Below, piece after piece: positions 27,489 through 37,222 of a stretch of DNA of 64,000 nucleotides. The translations under genes and the position numbers were made by a program. The notes under the pieces are model-generated. The model was not told the origin of the DNA. It was given only the letters and a program-made list of their open reading frames with translations, and did no database searches. Within the stretch, counting starts at the first letter, position 1, and the number at the start of each line of letters is the position of its first letter. Source of the stretch: a virus; IMG/VR virus record IMGVR_UViG_3300045988_054045; one strand, 5' to 3'.

Positions 27489-27827
27489 ATGGATGATGTT
27501 AAAAAGAGGTTTCTAACCAATACTGATGAAACTGGAAGATTTATTGTTAAATCCTTAACTACTGGTAAAACATATTATGTTGAACCAATAGGTAATGGAC
27601 ATCCAGCAGATTGGGGAGATATTAATCCTGCAACTAAGAAGATTGAAGGGGACTATGGTCAGAAATATACTGGCTGTGTATCTGAAAAAGATTCCTTAAT
27701 CACAGAGGAGAATGGATTTCATTTAATTGAGACTTTAGGTCCTGGAATAAGTCCTATCACTGTGATATATCAGAGAGATTTGGCATATGAACAATTAAAT
27801 CGTATGGTACATGAAATTCACGGGTGA
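27489..27827 (+). CDS. hypothetical protein
   Basis: 112 aa ORF. Confidence 0.45.
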   Translation: MDDVKKRFLTNTDETGRFIVKSLTTGKTYYVEPIGNGHPADWGDINPATKKIEGDYGQKYTGCVSEKDSLITEENGFHLIETLGPGISPITVIYQRDLAYEQLNRMVHEIHG

Positions 27828-28464
27828 TATTATCATAACAGACCCATGTTATATAATTAAAAGTCCAGAAGATTATGCAAAGGAATTAGGTATACCTTTC
27901 CCAGCATATCCTAAATACACTGAAGATATAAAAGCTTATGATAAAGCAATGAGTGAATATCGCTCCTTTACAAATAAGTATGATGATTGGCGGAAATGTG
28001 AGTATGGTGAGGATATGGAACAACTCGGCATTACTAAGTGCATTTGCGAATCAACTATCTACGGTGATTGGAGTTGTACTACTTGGTCTACTCCTCGTAA
28101 AGATGTAGCTGCACAGTTAGAAGAGCTTTGTGAACTTCAAAGGAAACAATATGAATTAAGAAAGCAGTATGGTGAGGACTCTGTTCAAAGTAAAATCTAC
28201 GATGATAAGATGTTCAGTGCTACTGTTGATTTAAAGAATATTGGAGGATTTTGTGCAGATGCTGGTATGGTTGCCGTATTCTTATTGGATGAGGTATTAA
28301 AGTACAATCCGAACTTTGATTATCATATCAATAGACTATGGACGACTACCCTGATTAAGGACTTTGATGGTGAAGTAGAATACTATATTGATGATGCTGA
28401 GGGAGAAGCTCACATCATTGGTACTGGTAATGTAAACTTCTTTACTACACAAACTGGATTCTGA
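27811..28464 (+). CDS. hypothetical protein
   Basis: 217 aa ORF. Confidence 0.45.
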   Translation: MKFTGDIIITDPCYIIKSPEDYAKELGIPFPAYPKYTEDIKAYDKAMSEYRSFTNKYDDWRKCEYGEDMEQLGITKCICESTIYGDWSCTTWSTPRKDVAAQLEELCELQRKQYELRKQYGEDSVQSKIYDDKMFSATVDLKNIGGFCADAGMVAVFLLDEVLKYNPNFDYHINRLWTTTLIKDFDGEVEYYIDDAEGEAHIIGTGNVNFFTTQTGF

Positions 28465-28466
28465 TT

Positions 28467-28742
28467 ATGGAATTTCAATTGTACGAGGATGTAAAGGTAG
28501 CTACTTGGCGTAGATATACCTATGACGTAGAAGCTGAAACATTAGAGGAAGCTGTAAAGCTGGTTAAGGATGGAGACGTGGATTGTACTGATATGGAAGA
28601 GTTCTACGAGGACGATGATTATCTGAGTCCACAGGAGAATGGAGGTCGTGCCACTCATGAAATCTACTCAGCTAAAGATGATGTATTACTATATTCAAAT
28701 AAGAGCGAATGTACAAGTTTAATGGGGGAAATGGGGCTGTAG
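28467..28742 (+). CDS. hypothetical acidic protein
   Basis: 91 aa ORF. Confidence 0.4.
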   Translation: MEFQLYEDVKVATWRRYTYDVEAETLEEAVKLVKDGDVDCTDMEEFYEDDDYLSPQENGGRATHEIYSAKDDVLLYSNKSECTSLMGEMGL

Positions 28743-29467
28743 TCTGTGATGGCTGCAGCGTCATTATGGAGCAGAATATTCCATTCGATAGGTATCGTAA
28801 GGAACATAGTGGCTATGACTTCTGTGAACGATGCTTAAGTGGTCTTACAGTAGTTGATAACTTTGACCAGATAGAGAACATCTTGGAGTTTAATAACCAG
28901 GATGAGTTCTATTTCTTACAAATTATTCAACGTAAGAAGGATGGGAATATTACTCAAATAGGCAACAATGGTTATAGAACTGTTAAAACTTACTATATCT
29001 TTAGTAAGGAACAATTCTTAACCAAGAAAGAGAAGATTAAAGAGCTTTGTTTAAAGAACAATGCTAGAGCATATATCCACCTTAATAGGAGGAATGCAGA
29101 GGAGGTAGCTTTGGCTTCAATCCAGCAATATGCTAAACTAGTCTCAGAAGGTAACTCATATCAGGGTTATAGAGTATGGGATAGTGCTTGTGGTGGAACT
29201 AGAGCTAGAGGATACAAACCATTGTGGGTAGTTGATGTGGACTCTAAAGACCCTGAATATCTAAAGACAATCATTGAGATTATCAATAGTTGTAGAGGTG
29301 TTTCTGAGCAAAAGGTCATGCATACAATACCTACGCTACATGGTTATCATCTTATAACTATAGGATTTGATGTTCAACAATTCCAGCAACAGCTGGCGGT
29401 TAGGAATATGGATTCTATTGATATACAGAAAGATAATCCAACTCTGCTATATTATGCAACTGTTTAA
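28709..29467 (+). CDS. Zn-ribbon protein with possible AEP (primase-polymerase)-like core
   Basis: CDGC..CERC ribbon, then NARAYIHLNRR, LWVVDVDSKD and TLHGYHLIT. Confidence 0.4.
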   Translation: MYKFNGGNGAVVCDGCSVIMEQNIPFDRYRKEHSGYDFCERCLSGLTVVDNFDQIENILEFNNQDEFYFLQIIQRKKDGNITQIGNNGYRTVKTYYIFSKEQFLTKKEKIKELCLKNNARAYIHLNRRNAEEVALASIQQYAKLVSEGNSYQGYRVWDSACGGTRARGYKPLWVVDVDSKDPEYLKTIIEIINSCRGVSEQKVMHTIPTLHGYHLITIGFDVQQFQQQLAVRNMDSIDIQKDNPTLLYYATV

Positions 29468-29525
29468 GGCTTAGAAATAAGTACTGTATTAGATTACTCG
29501 TTAGGATTTATAAAAGCAAAACACA

Positions 29526-29750
29526 ATGAGTAATTTACCGTTAGGGGCTGAGAATGACCCTTTTGCTCCTTACAATGTTAAGGAAGAAACGTTTAAATTT
29601 GATTTAGGTGTTAAGGGTATTGCATGGTATGAGTACTATGGTTTCCTGGACACAGATGAAGCTAGGGAAGACATCAAACAACGTCTTGTTGCAGCTTTAT
29701 CACAGCTTGGAGATATTGATATTAAGGATGTAGACATATCTATATATTAA
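29526..29750 (+). CDS. hypothetical protein
   Basis: 74 aa; TAATG overlap with the polymerase gene. Confidence 0.4.
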   Translation: MSNLPLGAENDPFAPYNVKEETFKFDLGVKGIAWYEYYGFLDTDEAREDIKQRLVAALSQLGDIDIKDVDISIY

Positions 29751-31744
29751 TGATATATTTAGTAACCAAGCAGCAGTCTCTCTGGACATCTGATAGATAT
29801 AAAGTCATTAGTGCAGAAGAGGCTTTAGAATTATTAGCACCTCTCAGCGTAGTAGAGCTGGATACTGAAACTATGGGTTTAGACCCGTATACTAAGGAAC
29901 TGTTAACCGTTCAACTTGGTTGTGCAGAATTTCAAGTAGTTATTGACTGTACATCTGTGGATATACACCTGTTTAAGGAGTATATGGAAAATCCTCAAAG
30001 AATGTTCTTGGGCTGGAATATCAAGTTTGACTTGAAGTTCCTATACCATCAAAGAATTGTTCCATTAAGGGTTTATGATGGTTATCTAGCCGAGAAGCTA
30101 TTATGGTTAGGCTATCCAGCAGGTATGCATGAGATGAGCTTGAAGGCTGCCAGTATCAATTATCTAGGAGTAGATATGGATAAGTCTGTACGAGGTAAGA
30201 TTATACAGACTGGACTAACAGAAGATGTTATTGTGTATGCTGCAGGAGATGTCTCTTATCTGGGTAAGATTAGAGATAAACAACTTATTGAATTAGAGAA
30301 GAAAGGCTTATTAAAGGCTATTGACTTTGAAAATGAGTTTGTTAAATGTTTAGCATATATAGAGTACTGTGGAGCTAAATTAGATGTTGATAAGTGGAAA
30401 ATTAAAATGGCTACTGACCTCAACAACCTTGAAAAATATGAAGCAGAATTGAACGAATGGGTAGAGGAATCTGAATATTCTAGTAAATATTGTTCTGTAA
30501 ATATACAAGGTGATTTGTTCAATGGATTTGACACTAAGCCAAGATGTCATATAAATTGGACTAGCTCCCAGCAAGTAATCCCGTTATTTGAGGAATTGGG
30601 ATTAAACCTTAAAGTATTGGATAAGAAGACTAAACACTATAAGAAGTCTGTGGATATTAAAGTGGTAGAACCACAGGCATCTAAAAGTCCTTTGATTCCA
30701 ATATACATAAAGTATAAGAAAGCTGCAATCATTGTTAATACCTTTGGTCAGAAGTTCTTAAACTTGATTAATCCTGTAACTGGTAGAATCCATGCCAATT
30801 TCAACCAGTTAGGAACGGATACTGGAAGGTTAAGTTCAACAGAACCTAATCTACAGAATTTACCACATGATGCTCAAACTAGAGCTTGCTTCGTATCTGA
30901 TAAGGGTAATAGATGGATTTCTGCTGACTATAGTGGTCAAGAATCCTATCTAATGGCATCTATGGCTAACGACGAAGCTATGTTGGAAGAGCTTACTAAT
31001 GGTAGTGGTGACTTACACAGTCTAACCGCCAAGATGGTATTCCAACAAATCCCAAGAGACATGCCTCTAAAGGATATTAAGAAGAATTTTAAAGACCTAA
31101 GACAAGAAGCTAAAGGATATGAGTTCTGTTTCAATTATGGTGGACAGGATAGTACCTTGATAAGAAACTATGGTCTTGATGCTAAAAGGGCTAAAGAAAT
31201 CTATGAGAATTATATGTCTGGTTTTGCTGGATTGAAGAGGTATCAAGATTTCAGAAGAGTAGATGTAATGCGTAAGGGTTATATCCTACTAAGTCCTATT
31301 ACTGGTCATAAGGCATATATCTATGATTATGATGAACTTAAAAGGCAGATGGAAAAGCAAGATGACCCTGATTTCTGGGCATATTATAGAGAAATGAAGC
31401 AGGAGAATCCTGAGTGCGATACGGTACAAGGTGTCAGGCGGTTAGCCAGACGTAAAGCTGAGTCTGAGAAGCAATCTATTAATTACCCGATTCAGGCTGC
31501 TGGTGCATTGTGTTTTAAGTTAGCATCTATAAAGCTATTCAACTGGTTATTGAAGAATGGCTTGTTATTTAAGGTTAAATATTGTATTCCAGTACATGAT
31601 GAAATTAACCTTGAAGCTCCAGATGAAATTTCAGAAGAAGTTGCAGATATATTAGTTAAGTGCATGGTAAGTGCAGGTAAACCATTCTGTACAAGAGCAC
31701 ATTTAGGTGCTGATGTGGAGATTGGAGACCATTGGATTCATTAA
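29750..31744 (+). CDS. family A DNA polymerase with 3'-5' exonuclease domain
   Basis: Exo motifs ELDTETMG, NIKFDLKFL, YAAGDV. Pol motifs DYSGQESYL, RQEAKGYEFCFNYGG, PVHDEINLE. Confidence 0.9.
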   Translation: MIYLVTKQQSLWTSDRYKVISAEEALELLAPLSVVELDTETMGLDPYTKELLTVQLGCAEFQVVIDCTSVDIHLFKEYMENPQRMFLGWNIKFDLKFLYHQRIVPLRVYDGYLAEKLLWLGYPAGMHEMSLKAASINYLGVDMDKSVRGKIIQTGLTEDVIVYAAGDVSYLGKIRDKQLIELEKKGLLKAIDFENEFVKCLAYIEYCGAKLDVDKWKIKMATDLNNLEKYEAELNEWVEESEYSSKYCSVNIQGDLFNGFDTKPRCHINWTSSQQVIPLFEELGLNLKVLDKKTKHYKKSVDIKVVEPQASKSPLIPIYIKYKKAAIIVNTFGQKFLNLINPVTGRIHANFNQLGTDTGRLSSTEPNLQNLPHDAQTRACFVSDKGNRWISADYSGQESYLMASMANDEAMLEELTNGSGDLHSLTAKMVFQQIPRDMPLKDIKKNFKDLRQEAKGYEFCFNYGGQDSTLIRNYGLDAKRAKEIYENYMSGFAGLKRYQDFRRVDVMRKGYILLSPITGHKAYIYDYDELKRQMEKQDDPDFWAYYREMKQENPECDTVQGVRRLARRKAESEKQSINYPIQAAGALCFKLASIKLFNWLLKNGLLFKVKYCIPVHDEINLEAPDEISEEVADILVKCMVSAGKPFCTRAHLGADVEIGDHWIH

Positions 31745-31745
31745 T

Positions 31746-31967
31746 ATGGGTAAGTATATAGACTTGTGTACAGTAATTGATGTGGAGCCTGAAGTATCTC
31801 AGGTTCTAGGTCTTATTGAAGATGAAGACCTCTTAAGTGAGTTCTGGCAGAGAATGGATGAAGATTTCTTTAGAGTCTTTGTTGAAGATTACTGTAAGGA
31901 TAGTGATATTCGTATCATAAAGAAGATAATTGATGAGGTGTGTCAAGAAGAATCTGAAGAGGATTGA
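31746..31967 (+). CDS. small acidic hypothetical protein
   Basis: Start moved to ATG 31746, just after the polymerase stop. Confidence 0.4.
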   Translation: MGKYIDLCTVIDVEPEVSQVLGLIEDEDLLSEFWQRMDEDFFRVFVEDYCKDSDIRIIKKIIDEVCQEESEED

Positions 31968-32494
31968 TGCACACTGAGATAGAAAGAAAATTCATAGTTA
32001 CTGACAGTACTTTTAAACAGAGTGCTGTCAGAATTATGGATATTCGTCAGGGATATGTAGGAACTTCTAGCAATGGAGAAGCTAGAGTATCTATAAGAGA
32101 TGAGAAAGCATGGGTTATCATAAAGTCCAACGGATGTTTAGCAAGATTGGAGTATGAAATTCCAATTCCTAAAAAGGATGCAGAAGAATTACTTTCATTC
32201 ACTTGCGACAGAGTAATCCATAAAACTCGTTATATTATTCCGTGTGAGGATAGTATGCTTAAATGGGAAGTTGATGAGTTTCATGGTGAGGATGAAGGAT
32301 TAATCATTGCTGAGATAGAGTTACCACGCAAGGATATGCCATTTGAAAAACCTCAATGGCTTGGTAAAGAAGTAACACAAGATACTACTTATTATAACTC
32401 TACACTCTCTAAAACGTCTTGGAAAGCTATTCAGAAGTCTCGTGCTGAAGCTAAAGCTTGGGATGATTGGAGGGACTCATTAGTTAAGAAATGA
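31967..32494 (+). CDS. CYTH-domain protein (triphosphate tunnel metalloenzyme)
   Basis: N-terminal EIERKFIV (ExExK signature). Start ATG 31967 (TGATG overlap). Confidence 0.7.
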   Translation: MHTEIERKFIVTDSTFKQSAVRIMDIRQGYVGTSSNGEARVSIRDEKAWVIIKSNGCLARLEYEIPIPKKDAEELLSFTCDRVIHKTRYIIPCEDSMLKWEVDEFHGEDEGLIIAEIELPRKDMPFEKPQWLGKEVTQDTTYYNSTLSKTSWKAIQKSRAEAKAWDDWRDSLVKK

Positions 32495-32757
32495 AATATA
32501 GGAAAAAACCAGTAATCATTGAAGCTATACAATTCATAGATAATGCTGACCGCATTATAGAAATTCAAGAGTTTCTAGGAGGAGATACCATAGTGATAAG
32601 CTATGAGGATGCAGACAATCCTTATATGTATATTGAAACTCTTGAAGGTACTATGAAAGCCTCTGTAGGAGATTATATCATTAAGGGAGTGAATGGAGAG
32701 TTCTATCCTTGTAAGCCAGATATATTTGAGAAAACTTACGAAGAGGTAGCTGAATGA
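32491..32757 (+). CDS. hypothetical protein (common phage KKPV-type small protein)
   Basis: [15 protein letters not shown] ... GDYIIKG. Confidence 0.45.
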   Translation: MKYRKKPVIIEAIQFIDNADRIIEIQEFLGGDTIVISYEDADNPYMYIETLEGTMKASVGDYIIKGVNGEFYPCKPDIFEKTYEEVAE

Positions 32758-33665
32758 GACTGATAAAACCATCATTTGAAATACTAGAACAAAAGCCTGG
32801 ATTAGATGGGCTGTTACAACATATAGAAAGATGTGGTAGGACTTGTTATAAGTCAGAAGACAAGATTACTGAAGAAAGTGCTCCTAAGTTTGTGGATATG
32901 CTTGTCAAACGTGGTCATACTGCAATGGTTGAGCATGGTACTGTATACCTAAAGTATAGTATAACATTGGAAGGCTCCATGAATATGGCTAACAAATATC
33001 ATTTCAATAAGTACTCTACAGTAACTATAGGTAATGAGCCTTTATGTGGTGGTGAGCCACAGGAATATAAGGATAAGTTCGATGGGCATACGTGTGCATA
33101 TATTACTACTAATTACAGAGTATTATTGCAAAATGATTGGCTTGATGACCTTAAATACCAATGTGAACCAACAGAGCACCACGTTAAACGTATAACTGTT
33201 AAGTTTACTTGTGATAGGGGAGTTAGTCATGAGTTTGTAAGGCATAGGGTATTTAGTTTTGCCCAGGAAAGTACTAGGTATTGTAACTATAATAAAGATA
33301 AGTTCGGAAATGAATGTACGTTCATCATACCTAGTTGGCTAGACTACGAGGAACAACAATTCACTGATAAGAACGATTCTTCTTGCAGCATTAGAACTGA
33401 CTTATCTGAGCATGAGTATTTTATAGACTTACTATTAGAGGCTGAAAGAACTTACAATTTCTTGGTTCAATACTGTGGTTGGAAACCTCAGCAGGCTAGA
33501 GCAGTTCTTCCCAACAGTTTAAAGACCGAGTTAATTATGACTGGTACTATTGAACAGTGGGAAGGGTTCTTTAAGCTAAGAGATGCTAATGATGCACATC
33601 CTCAAGCAAGAGAGTTAGCTGCACCATTACATGAGGAATTTATCAGAAGAGGTTTATTGCAATGA
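32754..33665 (+). CDS. thyX: flavin-dependent thymidylate synthase
   Basis: [19 protein letters not shown] (RHRxxSxxxxSxR ThyX motif). Confidence 0.9.
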   Translation: MRLIKPSFEILEQKPGLDGLLQHIERCGRTCYKSEDKITEESAPKFVDMLVKRGHTAMVEHGTVYLKYSITLEGSMNMANKYHFNKYSTVTIGNEPLCGGEPQEYKDKFDGHTCAYITTNYRVLLQNDWLDDLKYQCEPTEHHVKRITVKFTCDRGVSHEFVRHRVFSFAQESTRYCNYNKDKFGNECTFIIPSWLDYEEQQFTDKNDSSCSIRTDLSEHEYFIDLLLEAERTYNFLVQYCGWKPQQARAVLPNSLKTELIMTGTIEQWEGFFKLRDANDAHPQARELAAPLHEEFIRRGLLQ

Positions 33666-34348
33666 AAGCAGAGGAGTACTTTGGAGACTGGATTGATGTT
33701 ATTGATAAGCAAGAACTACGTAAAGTAGTAACTTGGATTAATAAGACTAATTCAGCCACTCTATGCCCTTCTCCTAAAAACATATTCAGAGCATTTAGGG
33801 CTTGTCCATATGAAGACTGCAAGGTAGTTTTCTTAGGGCAAGACCCCTACCCACAGAAGGGAGTAGCTACTGGAATATTATTCGGTAACTCCGAAGATAC
33901 TCCAGAAGATAGGTTATCTCCTTCGCTTCAAATAGTTAAAGAGGCAGCTATTAATTATGAAATTCCCCATAACCGAATAGAATTTGACAACACGTTGGAA
34001 TCTTGGGCTAAACAGGGAATATTAATGATTAATACTGCCCTTACTTGTGAAGTAGGAAGAGTTGGGTCACACTTTGAGTTATGGAAGCCGTTTGTGTCTA
34101 AACTAATTCACAATCTTAGTTATAAGAACAATGGCATAGTTTATGTCTTATTTGGTAGTCAAGCACAGCTATTTAAGAATGATATAGTAGATAGTTTAAA
34201 GACTATTGAAGTATATCACCCTGCGTACTTCTCTAGAAAGGGTACTAAGATGCCCTCTAGTGTATTTACTGATATTAATGAGGTATTAAAGAAGCAGTAT
34301 AACTATCAAATAGAGTTTTATAAGGAGACAGAATATGGAATTTGCTGA
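33662..34348 (+). CDS. uracil-DNA glycosylase (family 1-like)
   Basis: VVFLGQDPYP (compare GQDPYH), GILMINT, VYHPAYFS. Confidence 0.7.
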   Translation: MKAEEYFGDWIDVIDKQELRKVVTWINKTNSATLCPSPKNIFRAFRACPYEDCKVVFLGQDPYPQKGVATGILFGNSEDTPEDRLSPSLQIVKEAAINYEIPHNRIEFDNTLESWAKQGILMINTALTCEVGRVGSHFELWKPFVSKLIHNLSYKNNGIVYVLFGSQAQLFKNDIVDSLKTIEVYHPAYFSRKGTKMPSSVFTDINEVLKKQYNYQIEFYKETEYGIC

Positions 34349-34538
34349 GAGAAAGTCAGTCAATGACAAGTTAAGGAAATATGACCATCTAGCTAAGGAT
34401 GGTGACTTCATAGAGATTACTGAGTGGACTAATGGTGAAGGTTGGGATGTTACTATTAACGAGAAGCAATTACTCCTAACCAGAGGAGAATTGGAGGCTA
34501 TCGAGTACCTAACTAGGAGTCTAGACCATAAGAGCTAA
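34335..34538 (+). CDS. hypothetical protein
   Basis: 67 aa ORF. Confidence 0.4.
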   Translation: MEFAERKSVNDKLRKYDHLAKDGDFIEITEWTNGEGWDVTINEKQLLLTRGELEAIEYLTRSLDHKS

Positions 34539-34542
34539 CTTT

Positions 34543-35220
34543 ATGTACCTAAACATTAAGATAAAGGAAGATTTCAGAACCTTGAAGAAGGATACTGAAT
34601 ATAAGTTTGACTTTACTAATCAAGATAGGTATCTGATAGTTGGTCCGAATGGTTGTGGTAAGTCTACACTTATTAATATCATACGTAGCTTTCAGTGCGA
34701 CAATGCTAGCGACAGCCGTCAGGATAAACTTGGATATGCAGGGATTAGTGGTATGAAAGATAAGGCAGAAATTGACACTGACTTTGAGAAGTTTTACTTT
34801 ATTAGTTCTGAATTTGATGACCCATTATCATTAGACAACATGGCAACAGCAGAAGCAGCTATTACAAATGGTGGATTCTATTGGAAACGTAAGTCTAATG
34901 GTGAACGTCAGTTACAGAATCTAGGTAAGTGGGTTCAAGAGAACCAAGATAACTGGAATGAGAAGTGCCTATTGATTCTTGACGAAGCTGATAAGGGCTT
35001 CGATTTAAGGTATCAAGTAGGATTACACAATATGCTTATTAACATTCCAGCTAAGAATAATGTGAAATTTCTAGTTGTATCTCACACTCTAATTCCGATA
35101 TTGTTAGAGGACAAAGTTTATGCCTTCCAATATAGAAGGATACTCAGTCCGTCTACATATATATTTGTAGAAACTGGTTACGATATAAAAATTGATAAAG
35201 ATGAAAGAACAGAAGTTTGA
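34543..35220 (+). CDS. minimal ABC/SMC-type ATPase (225 aa)
   Basis: Walker A GPNGCGKSTL, signature-like SNGERQ, Walker B LLILDEADKGFD, H-loop VVSHT. Confidence 0.55.
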   Translation: MYLNIKIKEDFRTLKKDTEYKFDFTNQDRYLIVGPNGCGKSTLINIIRSFQCDNASDSRQDKLGYAGISGMKDKAEIDTDFEKFYFISSEFDDPLSLDNMATAEAAITNGGFYWKRKSNGERQLQNLGKWVQENQDNWNEKCLLILDEADKGFDLRYQVGLHNMLINIPAKNNVKFLVVSHTLIPILLEDKVYAFQYRRILSPSTYIFVETGYDIKIDKDERTEV

Positions 35221-35845
35221 ATTTAATCCTGAAAAGACTTTCTTCACGTCCGATACACATTTTGGTCATGCTAACATAATTAGATTATGTAATAGACCAT
35301 TTAAAGATGTAGAGGAGATGAATGAAAAGTTGATTGAGAACTGGAATAAAGTAGTTCCAGAGGACGGTACAGTCTTCCATTTAGGAGATTTTGCCTTCGG
35401 TGGTAGTGCACTATGGAATAGCGTTATCCCTCGTCTAAACGGACAAATCTACTTGATTATTGGTAATCACGATAGGAAGAATCTAAGACAAGGTTATATG
35501 GATAAATTTGCGGCTGTAATACCTCAAATGCAAATTCAGATAGAGAAAAGAAGTATCTATTTGAACCATTATCCATTCTTGTGCTATGGTGGCTCTTATC
35601 GTAATGAAGCTGATGCTGTATGGCAGTTGTTTGGTCATGTTCATTCTGGACCCACTAGTTCTGGTTTGGATTGTGATAGGTTGTGTAATCTATTCCCATA
35701 TCAATATGATGTTGGCGTAGATAACAATAACTACACTCCAATCTCTTGGGAAGAGGTGAAGAAAAAGATTCAAAACCAAATAGATAATGGAGTGGAGAAA
35801 TCTGTCAAGGAACATACAATTCCCGACGAAATATACAAACTATAA
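35201..35845 (+). CDS. metallophosphoesterase
   Basis: SDTHFGH, LGDF, GNHD, GHVH. Start moved to ATG 35201. Confidence 0.7.
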   Translation: MKEQKFEFNPEKTFFTSDTHFGHANIIRLCNRPFKDVEEMNEKLIENWNKVVPEDGTVFHLGDFAFGGSALWNSVIPRLNGQIYLIIGNHDRKNLRQGYMDKFAAVIPQMQIQIEKRSIYLNHYPFLCYGGSYRNEADAVWQLFGHVHSGPTSSGLDCDRLCNLFPYQYDVGVDNNNYTPISWEEVKKKIQNQIDNGVEKSVKEHTIPDEIYKL

Positions 35846-36063
35846 TGACTAAATTGACTTTAGAAATCGACGGAATTATCTGTTCTATGGAGATACCTTA
35901 TAATGATGTAAGTGCTACTGAACTAATTAAGGGATTTGGTTCCTTAATGATTGGTCAGACATTTCTTGCTTGCACTGTTAAAGAGGCTCTAGAAGAGGTA
36001 GCCGAAGATTATGAAGACGAACTAAGAGTAGGTTATGAATCCCAACACACTGAGGAAGATTAA
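35845..36063 (+). CDS. small acidic hypothetical protein
   Basis: TAATG overlap; 72 aa. Confidence 0.4.
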   Translation: MTKLTLEIDGIICSMEIPYNDVSATELIKGFGSLMIGQTFLACTVKEALEEVAEDYEDELRVGYESQHTEED

Positions 36064-36358
36064 AAGGTTAGAAGCTGGTGAATCATTTATCACCAGTGAG
36101 CCTGGGAACTCTATGCTTCCGTTATATAAGAGTAATGAGAAGCATAGGGTTACTCCAATAAAATGGGAAGATTGTAAGGTGGGCGATGTAGTATTCTGTA
36201 AGGTTAGAGGTTCATGTGTAACTCACAAAGTCTATGCAGTAGATAGTGAGAAAGGTTGTCTAATAGGCAATAATAAAGGACACATGAATGGATGGACTAA
36301 GAATGTGTATGGCAAAGCCCACAAAATTGACCAATCGTTAAAAACTAAGAAGCCTTGA
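36035..36358 (+). CDS. S24/S26-family peptidase-like protein
   Basis: GNSMLP (compare GDSMxP), VGDVVF, THKVYAV; 107 aa. Confidence 0.45.
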   Translation: MNPNTLRKIKRLEAGESFITSEPGNSMLPLYKSNEKHRVTPIKWEDCKVGDVVFCKVRGSCVTHKVYAVDSEKGCLIGNNKGHMNGWTKNVYGKAHKIDQSLKTKKP

Positions 36359-37047
36359 GAATTTGTGTAACGTCCGATTTACATGGCATTCTTCCTAAAA
36401 TAGAAGAGCCGTGTACAGCAGTATTGATATGCGGAGATATTATGCCATTACGTATGCAGAGAAACATTCCTCAGAGTGAGAAATGGTTAAAGACTGAATT
36501 TGCAGAATGGGTTAATAATCTTCCGTGTGAGTCTGTTATTATGGTAGGAGGCAATCATGACTTTGCTTTAGCTAATATGTACAGACAACCTTTAAAGATT
36601 AACTCAATCTTAACGCAGCCAACTAATGGTAAACTTGAGTTGTTAGATAATGAAGAGACTTGTATTATTGATGAGAGTGGAAAATGCTATTTAGTATGGG
36701 GAACTCCATATTGTAAAATCTTTGGCAATTGGGCTTATATGTATGAGCCTGAAACTCTAATCAAGGCATATAAATCTATGCCAGCAGAGTGTGATATTGT
36801 TATATCTCACGATGCTCCTAAATTATGCGGTCTTGGTGTTATCCACCAGAGATTTAACCAAGAGGATGCTGGTAATCCTTGGCTGGCTGACGAGATGCTT
36901 CGTAAACATCCTAAATATACATTCTGTGGACATATCCATAGTGGGGAACATAATCTGCAAACCCTTGATGATATGAAGATGGCTAATGTGTCTTTAGTAG
37001 ATGAAACGTATACAGAAACGTTTAAACCTTTATATCTCGATGTCTAA
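36355..37047 (+). CDS. metallophosphoesterase (second copy, different subfamily)
   Basis: TSDLHG, CGDI, GGNHD, SHDAP, GHIH. TTG start is forced because motif I lies at residues 7-11. Confidence 0.65.
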   Translation: MRICVTSDLHGILPKIEEPCTAVLICGDIMPLRMQRNIPQSEKWLKTEFAEWVNNLPCESVIMVGGNHDFALANMYRQPLKINSILTQPTNGKLELLDNEETCIIDESGKCYLVWGTPYCKIFGNWAYMYEPETLIKAYKSMPAECDIVISHDAPKLCGLGVIHQRFNQEDAGNPWLADEMLRKHPKYTFCGHIHSGEHNLQTLDDMKMANVSLVDETYTETFKPLYLDV

Positions 37048-37222
37048 AGTTGCAACAAGGGGAGGTATAGGCTTCTTCCCTCTACTGTTTATAGTACTAC
37101 TAGCCTGTAAGTTATTTGGAGCTAATATAACTTGGTTCTGGGTTATTGCTCCTTTATGGATGCCTCTTGTAGTAGTGCTAGTAATTGCTGTATTATTACT
37201 TATTATAAGTTCAATAAGATGA
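37040..37222 (+). CDS. small membrane protein (60 aa)
   Basis: ATG 37040 overlaps the upstream stop. Two hydrophobic helices. Confidence 0.4.
   Translation: MSKVATRGGIGFFPLLFIVLLACKLFGANITWFWVIAPLWMPLVVVLVIAVLLLIISSIR

Noticed and set aside
37132-37218. N-terminal extension of the nicotinamidase ORF as given in the track (start 37132). Similar track extensions occur at 5365, 16379, 16743, 25342, 25616, 31707, 31964, 35192, 40288 and 41586.
   Set aside because: The extensions overlap the preceding genes. The conserved domains begin right after an ATG that forms an ATGA or TAATG junction with the upstream stop, so the shorter starts were used.
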